This document shows positions 46,504 to 53,725 of a stretch of DNA of 54,673 nucleotides, in pieces (the stretch's first letter is position 1; the number at the start of each line of letters is the position of its first letter). The stretch is from a virus. Its lineage: Duplodnaviria > Caudoviricetes. The notes below the pieces were generated by a model. It searched no databases. It saw nothing but the letters and a program-made list of their open reading frames with translations, and was not told the origin of the DNA. The stretch lies in the IMG/VR virus record IMGVR_UViG_3300031939_000377, positions 1 through 54,673 of that record; one strand, 5' to 3'. The position numbers were made by a program, and so were the translations under genes.

Positions 46504-46878
46504 CTACTCGTCGGCGAAAAGAAATTTCTCAAGTATTCTGCGCGACGCCTGCCAGAATTCCAGTTCGATGTTTCCGGCCCTCAACCTGCATTCACCGGCT
46601 TCCGTGGCCGAGGGAATCAAGGCCAGGGCGTTCTCGCGGCCCGTCGACCATTCCACGGATATCTGGTGGCTTTGGCGACGCAGCGTAACTTTCGATATAC
46701 TGGCCCGCCGGGAGTTCTTAGTGATGACGCCGATACTGGCATCCGCTGAGAATTCGATGGTCGGGGCCGTGTTGTCGAGGGGCGCCCTCCAAATTTCGAG
46801 GTCGGTCCGGATGCGCTCGCACAGGGTATTCCAGGCATGTTCGATGGAGCATTTCCGCCTGGCTGTGATCCAGTCCAT
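46504..46878 (-). CDS. Cassette-family hypothetical protein (paralog of 48450..48863)
   Basis: DW..AR..CSI...D; GECRL....E...WQ..R..LE..F. Confidence 0.7.
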   Translation of the reverse strand: MDWITARRKCSIEHAWNTLCERIRTDLEIWRAPLDNTAPTIEFSADASIGVITKNSRRASISKVTLRRQSHQISVEWSTGRENALALIPSATEAGECRLRAGNIELEFWQASRRILEKFLFADE

Positions 46879-46888
46879 TTTGTTTGCC

Positions 46889-47104
46889 CTACGGTGTGAT
46901 CCCTGGAATCGCTGAAGTCGTCGGCGACGGGGAAAGAATCAGATCAACCATGAAAAACACCGTAGCCAAAAGACAAAGTAGCGCGGTGACGATGGCGATC
47001 ACGCGCCCCGGTTCTCCCGAAAACCGGTTTCCGTTGGCGCAAAATGTCTCGATGCAGCGAAACAGGAAGTACGCGCCGATCATCAGTCCGATTGTCGAGA
47101 TCAC
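46889..47104 (-). CDS. Two-TM small membrane protein
   Basis: GTGA coupling, GGGAG RBS, two hydrophobic helices. Confidence 0.6.
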   Translation of the reverse strand: MISTIGLMIGAYFLFRCIETFCANGNRFSGEPGRVIAIVTALLCLLATVFFMVDLILSPSPTTSAIPGITP

Positions 47105-47646
47105 TTGATTTCTCCCAGCGCTCTTGAAAATAGGAACACCGCACACTCGCCCGCCGATCGCTTTATCCCTTCGTGGCTGAACAGCAGTGGCCCAGAAGCC
47201 GGATCTGATTCGAGACCAAATCGATAGGCGTCGCAACTGAGCAGGCTGACATCTTTCTCGTCTTTGCCAGCCGCCCATTCTTTGTGAAAGGATTCAATCG
47301 AGAATTCTTTTACCTGAAGTGCAGCGTGAAGCTGCGCCACCTCTGCCCTATAGGTGACAGCCATTTTCACGCCAAGGGTAGTGTGTTGAAGCTTCCGCGT
47401 GGCGCGGATCACTGTTAATGCGGTTTCAGCAAGGGAAATAGCAGCGGGAAAGCGCAGTCCTTCCGCCGTCGAATTGTAGTTCGTAACGAAACCGGAAGCT
47501 GCGTCGCGAAATTCTAGCCAGCCGGCGATGGCGCGTTCCTTGAGTAGCCGCTTTTTCAGGCGCGTCGCTGCGGCCTTTTTGGCGGCTTCCGAGCGCGCCG
47601 CTTTTCCGGTACCGCTGTTCCGGCGGGATTTCTTCTTCGGAGGCAC
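47101..47646 (-). CDS. Basic N-terminal tail fused to cassette-family-like domain
   Basis: PPKKKSRR...RSEAAKKAAATR then W..F......NY helix and beta domain. Confidence 0.6.
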   Translation of the reverse strand: MPPKKKSRRNSGTGKAARSEAAKKAAATRLKKRLLKERAIAGWLEFRDAASGFVTNYNSTAEGLRFPAAISLAETALTVIRATRKLQHTTLGVKMAVTYRAEVAQLHAALQVKEFSIESFHKEWAAGKDEKDVSLLSCDAYRFGLESDPASGPLLFSHEGIKRSAGECAVFLFSRALGEIK

Positions 47647-47672
47647 AGGTCTATTTCACCGCCACATCGGCA

Positions 47673-48125
47673 TCATGATTTTTTCACATCAAAAAGGAAA
47701 GCATCGAGGATGGTTTCCGCGGCTTGTTCCGTCGCTATCGGCTCCCCTTTCTCATCCAGGAAGCTCGGCTGGTTTTGATCGTTGACGCCGATGCCGATTG
47801 TCCCGACCACACCACCACCGTCCGAGCGACTGAACTTCACAACGGTTTTTTCGCGGTCGAACGTCACTTCCAGCTTTCTGAGCAGTGTCGTCATAACATT
47901 CGCGCTTCTATCGCGACTGCCCACTTTGGCCCAGATCCTCTCCGGTTGCGGGCCGCTCCATTCTACAATCTCGCCTGGAGTGGCGGCTTGATATGCTTTC
48001 AGGTTGCGCCCAATCGCCGCGCAAAGATTCTGCCAGAGCACATCCATGCCTTCGTCGATAATTCGCCGCCGCTCTTCTGCGGTGTAGCGCTCCTGTAGGC
48101 GTCTCTTCAGCCACTCTTCGCCCAT
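47673..48125 (-). CDS. Cassette-family hypothetical protein (paralog of 49206..49616)
   Basis: W..L..A..R....Y; P.F...G....EQ.A..IL. Confidence 0.7.
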   Translation of the reverse strand: MGEEWLKRRLQERYTAEERRRIIDEGMDVLWQNLCAAIGRNLKAYQAATPGEIVEWSGPQPERIWAKVGSRDRSANVMTTLLRKLEVTFDREKTVVKFSRSDGGGVVGTIGIGVNDQNQPSFLDEKGEPIATEQAAETILDAFLFDVKKS

Positions 48126-48398
48126 TTATTCTCCCTTCAGCGGCTTCCCGGCGCCTTCTGTGGTTTTCAACTGCCGGATCCGTACTCTCCACTTTGCGGA
48201 GGCGTAGAGGTGCCGGTAGGTGTCCAGATCCTGTCGAAGTGAAATGTCGTAAGTCTTGTGGCAACTCGGACACTGAGAGGGCACTGCGGTTTTCGTCTCG
48301 CTGGCGTCGATCGCAACTTCCGTCCGGCAGTCCGGGCAGGAGATCACTAACCAGCGGAGTTCCGTGAAGTCCAGCAGCAAGTTTTCTTCAATACTCAT
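48126..48398 (-). CDS. Zn-ribbon protein
   Basis: CPDC...CPSC; start supplied by repeat. Confidence 0.65.
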   Translation of the reverse strand: MSIEENLLLDFTELRWLVISCPDCRTEVAIDASETKTAVPSQCPSCHKTYDISLRQDLDTYRHLYASAKWRVRIRQLKTTEGAGKPLKGE

Positions 48399-48443
48399 TC
48401 ACACAACCCTCAGCGCGTCCTTGTCTGCCGCCCTGTACTCGAT
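48394..48443. repeat. 50-bp cassette-junction direct repeat, copy C
   Basis: 49/50 identical to 49612..49661. Confidence 0.95.
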
Positions 48444-48449
48444 CGCTGC

Positions 48450-48863
48450 TCACCGAGGCCCGCCTGCGGTGTCTGATGGAGGCGAATCGAAGAATAGGTC
48501 CTCCAGGGCCTTCCGGCGAAACTGCCACTGCCCGACTTCCTTGCCGTTCACTTTAAGCCGGCACTCCCCGTCGTCATTCAGGGTTAGCGTAGCTTCGACC
48601 TTTGCTTTGGTGCGGGAATGAGCCGCTGTAATTCGCCCGCCGCTGCGAACGAATTCCACTGAATCCGTATTTCCCCGCGGCTGATCTCTTACAACGGCGA
48701 AATGATCGCTATCTCCACCATCGGCGACTTTGAACTGGCCCTCTCTTCCGGGCAGAGCGTTGGCGATTTCAACATCCGCCTTCACGCCCATCTGCAGTTC
48801 TTTGAAGACAACCGCGATTGAGCAGGCGGCGCGTGCTTTTACCCAATCAAAGTCTTCGCTCAT
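48450..48863 (-). CDS. Cassette-family hypothetical protein
   Basis: Bounded by repeats; paralog of 46504..46878. Confidence 0.7.
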   Translation of the reverse strand: MSEDFDWVKARAACSIAVVFKELQMGVKADVEIANALPGREGQFKVADGGDSDHFAVVRDQPRGNTDSVEFVRSGGRITAAHSRTKAKVEATLTLNDDGECRLKVNGKEVGQWQFRRKALEDLFFDSPPSDTAGGPR

Positions 48864-48918
48864 TTATACAACCTTCAGCGCGTCCTTGGGGTTCTCTCTC
48901 ATCTGCCTACTCGATCGC
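48859..48918. repeat. Degenerate cassette-junction repeat, copy B
   Basis: First 30 bp match copy A at 28/30, then TCTGCC and TACTCGATCGC with internal indels. Confidence 0.85.
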
Positions 48919-49209
48919 GATGCCCATAGACTGTAGGTTTTTCAAACTGGCCAGGAGCCTGGCTTCCGTTTCTTCGAATTCCACGAGCGCCTGGCGGAGC
49001 TGCTGGGCGTCGATCCGCTTCATCGGATTATTGGAGATCAAGTGCAGCGCCCTCTTTATCGAAGCGGGATCTTGCAACGATTGCCCGATTTCCTGGAGCA
49101 TCTTGCCGAGTTGCTGGAATTCATTTCGAAGGAGGGAGAGCGACTTCTTGGATTCGGAGTACGCCTCCAGCGCTTCCCCCAGGATGCGCTGTCTGTCAGA
49201 GTCGCTCAT
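48907..49209 (-). CDS. Coiled-coil hypothetical protein
   Basis: ATGA coupling; stop lies inside repeat B. Confidence 0.65.
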   Translation of the reverse strand: MSDSDRQRILGEALEAYSESKKSLSLLRNEFQQLGKMLQEIGQSLQDPASIKRALHLISNNPMKRIDAQQLRQALVEFEETEARLLASLKNLQSMGIAIE

Positions 49210-49616
49210 GGAGTATGCCCTATTTTCGAAAGATTGGGCTGCAAGATCTCGCGCGCGACCTGCTCCGGGGTGAACCGCTTTCCGCCGCGTTCGAATACCG
49301 GGAATCCGCTTTCATCCGGCAGAATTTTGAATTCCATGCTCTTGCGCGTTTGCGTAACAGCGGAAGTCAGCAGCAGTTTTTCGAAGTCGATCGAAACGTG
49401 GATGTCCCGGCGGCCGGCTACGCGATCGGTGTTTTCCTGGAGCATGATCCAGAATCCATTATCGCCGCGGTCTTTCGTCTCGGAGGCGAATAATCCGAAG
49501 TGCGTTTTGTAGTCGGCAATGTCGCGAGCGAGGGCTTCCTTCAGCGCCTCCCATACTTCGGTGAGCTTCGCTTGGAACAGAGCCTGGCGGGCTGCTTCGT
49601 CTTCAATCCAGCTCAT
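49206..49616 (-). CDS. Cassette-family hypothetical protein
   Basis: Start supplied by repeat A; paralog of 47673..48125. Confidence 0.7.
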   Translation of the reverse strand: MSWIEDEAARQALFQAKLTEVWEALKEALARDIADYKTHFGLFASETKDRGDNGFWIMLQENTDRVAGRRDIHVSIDFEKLLLTSAVTQTRKSMEFKILPDESGFPVFERGGKRFTPEQVAREILQPNLSKIGHTP

Positions 49617-49661
49617 TCACACAACCTTCAGCGCGTCCTTGTCTGCCGCCCTGTACTCGAT
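49612..49661. repeat. 50-bp repeat, copy A (3' end of 49617..50159 plus next start)
   Basis: Encodes IEYRAADKDALKVV* then ATG AG. Confidence 0.95.
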
Positions 49662-50159
49662 GCTTACATAGCCGTTGCTATATCGACTCTCAGATCGGCG
49701 AAGCGTTATCGACGTCGAAGGGAACGTCCACAATGCATTGGTTCTGATACTCCCGCCCTCGGCCGAACGGTCCTCATTTTTCGGTTGGCCGTACTTTTCG
49801 ATCAGCAATTTTCGAAACGAATCAAACGCATTTTCTCTCGATGAAATGTCATGACTGACGCCCGTGCTGATTGTCACCCCGCCGATTACGTTCGAGCCCT
49901 TCTTGCTCTCAATGGAAACCCTGCAATGTACGTCCCCAATGAGAAACTCTTTGATGACAAGCTTTTCAATGAACGCAAAATTAACCCCTGGAATCTGGGT
50001 CGAATCTGTCGCCTGATCGCCGAGGGCCGCCTTCGCTTCCGCTACTGTCATGCCCCATTCGATTTTCCCCCAGCCCTTCACGTCGGGCTTGATGGGCGTG
50101 TAGTCTTGGCACGGCGCAACAGCCGCTAACATTAAGAGCCCAAGGGCTGCAGTTTTCAT
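49617..50159 (-). CDS. Secreted/periplasmic protein (possible superinfection exclusion)
   Basis: Signal MKTAALGLLMLAAVAPCQ; WGMT..E and L..KYG.P pattern; second gene of leftward operon. Confidence 0.6.
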   Translation of the reverse strand: MKTAALGLLMLAAVAPCQDYTPIKPDVKGWGKIEWGMTVAEAKAALGDQATDSTQIPGVNFAFIEKLVIKEFLIGDVHCRVSIESKKGSNVIGGVTISTGVSHDISSRENAFDSFRKLLIEKYGQPKNEDRSAEGGSIRTNALWTFPSTSITLRRSESRYSNGYVSIEYRAADKDALKVV

Positions 50160-50342
50160 CTACGTTGCCTTCTTCTTCTTCGCGGGCTTGCGACTCGACG
50201 CGGGCCGCTTCGCGACGTGCCCAGCCCAACGAGCTTCGGCCATTTTGCGGGCATGTTCCGCTCGATCTTTTTCGGGCGTCTTGTCCCAGCGTTTCTTCAC
50301 CAGCGCAGCGGCAATCGCGTCGCCGTCTTCTTTCCTGGACAT
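50160..50342 (-). CDS. 60-aa basic protein at the repressor position
   Basis: MSRKEDGDAIAAALVKKRWDKTPEKDRAEHARKMAEARWAG...KKKKAT; TATACT 9 nt upstream of ATG. Confidence 0.75.
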   Translation of the reverse strand: MSRKEDGDAIAAALVKKRWDKTPEKDRAEHARKMAEARWAGHVAKRPASSRKPAKKKKAT

Positions 50343-50408
50343 TTCCTCACCAGTATAGTCCTTACGAAAGCATCCTAATGAACCCCACATTTTTCGCAGT
50401 TTTTCTTG

Positions 50409-50437
50409 TTGACATGCTTATGTAAGAATGGCATAAT
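50409..50437 (+). promoter_or_regulatory. Sigma70 early promoter with operator-like dyad in spacer
   Basis: TTGACA-17 bp-CATAAT with TGn; 50414-50426 is the inverse of 50361-50373 at 11/13. Confidence 0.8.
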
Positions 50438-50483
50438 GAATTCAGATCAAATAGCCCGAGAGGCTCTAAATCAGGACGGAAAA

Positions 50484-50789
50484 ATGAAACGCTACAGCAG
50501 ATTAGATCGGAACGAAGACGGATCGCCGGACATTCCGGAATTCATGAGCAGCAACGAGTGCGGGAACTGCGGGGAGAAAGCGGCCCGCCTCACGCACGTG
50601 CCCGAATTCAACTACATGGGCTGCGACGAGTGCGTTGAGGAAGCGATGCGCGTCATCGCCGCGGAAGTCGCCAAGCCCGCCCTGGACGAGGTCCGGCGCG
50701 AGAGGCTCAGCTTCCTGCTCGAAACGGGCTGCACTCCCGAAGAGGCCGCGGCGTACGCCGAATTCGTTAAGTTGCCGGAGGTGGCGTGA
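50484..50789 (+). CDS. Zn-finger protein, paralog 1
   Basis: CGNC...VPEFNYMGCDEC; ends VKLPEVA. Confidence 0.7.
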   Translation: MKRYSRLDRNEDGSPDIPEFMSSNECGNCGEKAARLTHVPEFNYMGCDECVEEAMRVIAAEVAKPALDEVRRERLSFLLETGCTPEEAAAYAEFVKLPEVA

Positions 50790-51106
50790 TGCCTGCCAGC
50801 AAACTAGCGCTTAAGTGCGAGAAGTGCGGACGCAGTGCGGACCGCGTCACACTCGTTCCCGAGTTTAATTTCATGGGCTGCGACGATTGCCATTCGGAAG
50901 CGCTTCGCGCTATCGCCGCGGAAGCCGCTAACCCCGCCGTGGACGAAGTCCGGCGCGAACGGCTCAACTTCCTCCTCAAAACGGCACTCACTCCCGAAGA
51001 GATTTGGGCATTCGCCGAAGCTGTCAAGACCGTCGTTGAGGTGGGGGGGGCGGCGTCCGGTGAGGCTGTCAAGGCCGCCCTCGTCAAGTTGCCGGAGGTG
51101 GCGTGA
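50786..51106 (+). CDS. Zn-finger protein, paralog 2
   Basis: CEKC...VPEFNFMGCDDC; ends VKLPEVA. Confidence 0.7.
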   Translation: MMPASKLALKCEKCGRSADRVTLVPEFNFMGCDDCHSEALRAIAAEAANPAVDEVRRERLNFLLKTALTPEEIWAFAEAVKTVVEVGGAASGEAVKAALVKLPEVA

Positions 51107-51849
51107 TGCCCAGCGAATTCGTCACCTTCGAAACCAACATCCCGCAGGTCGTTGCGCTCGCCTACGACTTCGGAAAGAAGACTGAAACCCGGTTCGGCGA
51201 CAAGATGTTTTACACGCTGGTGGATGGCCGGACGCTCTCCGTCCAACTCCCGACCGCCGATCTGATTACGAGCCTTGGCATCCGCCGCAACATGCCGTTT
51301 TCGATTTGCAAACGCGAAAAGAAGAACGGCGCCAAGAAAACCACCATCATGGACGTCTGGCTGCCAGGGCAGGATCAACTTCCGCCGGTACCGCCGCCGT
51401 CTCCCGCGTCGGTCGCCACCCGCATCCCCGACACCGACCTGGAGAAGCAGCTCCGCGCCTCGCTCGCCGCCGAAATCGAGCGCAAAAAAGCCGAAGCGAG
51501 TGTTGCCGCACCCGCCCCGGCTATGGCCGTACAGCAGTTAGCACAGCCTCTTACGCAAAACAATGGTAGCAGCAACGGCCATTCGAACGGCAACGGCAAT
51601 GGCAACGGCCACGCCAACGGGAATGGCGCGAATGCCAAGCCGTACGCCGCCGCGGGCATCCCGGCCCCGCCGGTGAAGATCCCGGCCGACATCGCCTTCC
51701 GCGAAGTGCTCGCTTTCGTCACCGACGGGCTGAAGTCCGCCGGCGAGCAGTGGACCGACCAGGCCAAGCAGGACATGGTCTCGACCATCATGATTCAGTC
51801 GATGCGCGACGGCGCAATCGGCATCTGGCAGCGCGGCGGTGCGAAATGA
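51103..51849 (+). CDS. Hypothetical recombination-module protein with Pro-rich and Asn-Gly linker
   Basis: Coupled to nuclease; beta N-domain, NG repeats, helical C-domain. Confidence 0.6.
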   Translation: MMPSEFVTFETNIPQVVALAYDFGKKTETRFGDKMFYTLVDGRTLSVQLPTADLITSLGIRRNMPFSICKREKKNGAKKTTIMDVWLPGQDQLPPVPPPSPASVATRIPDTDLEKQLRASLAAEIERKKAEASVAAPAPAMAVQQLAQPLTQNNGSSNGHSNGNGNGNGHANGNGANAKPYAAAGIPAPPVKIPADIAFREVLAFVTDGLKSAGEQWTDQAKQDMVSTIMIQSMRDGAIGIWQRGGAK

Positions 51850-52670
51850 GCGCCGCCCGTTCCTTCGTGGTTATGGATGCGCCGGGAGACGTTTTGTCTC
51901 CCAGCGCCGCCACCACCTACACCAACTGCGGCGCCAAGTATTACTTCGGCCGCGTCCTGAAGCTTCCGGATCCGCCCACCGGCGCCCTGGTGATGGGCAA
52001 CGCCGTTCACGCGGCGATCGGCGAGAACTTCCGGCAGAAGATCGAAACCAAACGGGACCTGCCGACCGCCGGCGTCCAGGCCATTTATCTGGAGGCCTGG
52101 GAGCAGCTCGTCGCCGGCACCGCGCCGAACCGCAGCAGTCGCCCTTCGCTGCCGGCGGAATTCCGCGACGATGAGAACCCGAAGGAATTGCGCGACGAAG
52201 GCCTGGCCCTCACGCTGAAATACCTGGACGAAGCCTGCCCGTCGATCGAGCCGGCCGCGGTCGAGCTGCCCGTCGCCGGCCGGATCGCGGGCGTCATGGT
52301 CCGCGGATACATCGATCTCCTGGAAGTCAACGGCCGGGTGCGCGATCTGAAGACGGCCAAGCGCACCCCGACCGACGTTTCCGCGAATTACCGTTTCCAG
52401 GTTTCGACCTACACCCAACTCACCCCATACGCGAGCGGCGACGCCTGCGTCGACACCCTGGTCAAACTCAAGACGCCAAAGCTCGTTCACCTGGAATTCA
52501 AGGCCAATGAGGCGGACAAGGCGGAAACGCAGGCTATGTATCCGCTGGTGCAGCAGAGCATCCGCGCCGGCGTGTTCCTCCCCAATAGACAGAACTACAT
52601 GTGCAGCCGCAAGTACTGTGGCCACTGGCGTCAGTGCGAGAAAAATTTCGGGGGCAAGGTATCCGAATGA
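51846..52670 (+). CDS. PD-(D/E)XK (RecB/Cas4-like) exonuclease with four-Cys cluster
   Basis: LSPS.....C, GNAVH, GYIDL..DLKT, Q...Y, C-terminal CSRKYC...C. Confidence 0.85.
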   Translation: MSAARSFVVMDAPGDVLSPSAATTYTNCGAKYYFGRVLKLPDPPTGALVMGNAVHAAIGENFRQKIETKRDLPTAGVQAIYLEAWEQLVAGTAPNRSSRPSLPAEFRDDENPKELRDEGLALTLKYLDEACPSIEPAAVELPVAGRIAGVMVRGYIDLLEVNGRVRDLKTAKRTPTDVSANYRFQVSTYTQLTPYASGDACVDTLVKLKTPKLVHLEFKANEADKAETQAMYPLVQQSIRAGVFLPNRQNYMCSRKYCGHWRQCEKNFGGKVSE

Positions 52671-52825
52671 CAGCTCTCGAACTGAACCCCGCAGCCCTGG
52701 AGCCGATGTACCTGGTGCTCAAGCGCATGAATCTCACGCCGGCATTCCTGATGGCCTGCATGGCTAATCCGGAGATCGACGAGGCGATGCTGGCGGCGCT
52801 CAAACTTGCGGAGGGCCGCGCATGA
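52667..52825 (+). CDS. Hypothetical protein
   Basis: ATGA coupling at both ends. Confidence 0.5.
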   Translation: MTALELNPAALEPMYLVLKRMNLTPAFLMACMANPEIDEAMLAALKLAEGRA

Positions 52826-53022
52826 AGCGCCTCCGGTATTCCATCCACCTGATTCCGTCCACTGGCCAGCCGCGGCCGGTGGACGCGATCGCCAGCCAGG
52901 ACAAGGCGATTGACCAGGCCGAAGCGAGAGCCCGCGCTACGGGCCTTGAAACGCGAGTCTGGGACACCCGCGAAGCTCGCTGCATCTATACCGTGCCGGC
53001 GGCGGAACAGGCGGTGGCGTGA
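52822..53022 (+). CDS. Hypothetical protein
   Basis: Coupled small ORF. Confidence 0.55.
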   Translation: MKRLRYSIHLIPSTGQPRPVDAIASQDKAIDQAEARARATGLETRVWDTREARCIYTVPAAEQAVA

Positions 53023-53432
53023 TGTCCATGATCGAACTGAAGCGCGTCGGCGAACGAAGGCTGACGTGGCCGGACCGGATCTGCTACCTGATCATCTTCG
53101 CCGGCCTGATCGTCCTCGTCTGGAGGGTAATGTCTCAGAAGTCTGAGAACGGGACTAATGACATGCGGATCGACGGGCGGGCCAACGCCGCGATGTTAGA
53201 GTTACTCCGCAACCTGGTTAGCTCGTCTGGTTCTCAGAAGCTGTTAGAAACTTCTGAGAAGCGAAAGCCGGAAGTGCCGCTCCACCATCGTGTCTATCTG
53301 ACCGTACGCGAAGCCGCGGCTTACGCTGGCCGTCCGGAGCGGCACATCCGCGCGTTGATCCAGAACGGAGAACTGCCGGCGAACACCAGCGGCCACACGC
53401 GCGTGAGGCGGCGCGATTTGGATGGGCTATAG
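53019..53432 (+). CDS. Excisionase-like HTH_17 protein (with in-frame N-terminal TM peptide; internal ATG at 53130)
   Basis: YLTVREAAAYAG.....IR.LI..GELPA....RVRRRDLD. Confidence 0.7.
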   Translation: MMSMIELKRVGERRLTWPDRICYLIIFAGLIVLVWRVMSQKSENGTNDMRIDGRANAAMLELLRNLVSSSGSQKLLETSEKRKPEVPLHHRVYLTVREAAAYAGRPERHIRALIQNGELPANTSGHTRVRRRDLDGL

Positions 53433-53725
53433 GGTCCAGCCTCTTCGCTAACCCTTCGCCCCAAAAGTGAAACCGGTCCAAAGATTCTCTTTTTGGAAGA
53501 TGGGATCGGTGATTAAATGAACTGGTAATGATCCATCGAGTGAAAGAATGAACGGAACATGGGAAGCCCAGCGAACCAGTATGCGCCTCAGAATTCGGTT
53601 GTTTTTCGGCGCGAATCTGGTACGCTAGCACTTCGAGGCCGGCCGCTGGTGGCGTCCCCAAAAACGCCCAGACTACGGCGGCCGGTACCTCGGCGCTCTT
53701 TAGTCGGAGTGAAATGAAACAGCCC

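Noticed and set aside
48394-49661. Repeats as a CRISPR array or integron attC sites
   Set aside because: Intervals are whole genes of 0.4-0.7 kb; no dyad or GTTRRRY core; no cas operon or IntI
51560-51635. AACGGC microsatellite-like tract
   Set aside because: Imperfect in-frame Asn-Gly linker with varied codons; not a phase-variation tract
51846-52670. Cas4 of a CRISPR system
   Set aside because: Solo PD-(D/E)XK nuclease in a phage recombination context; no array or cas1
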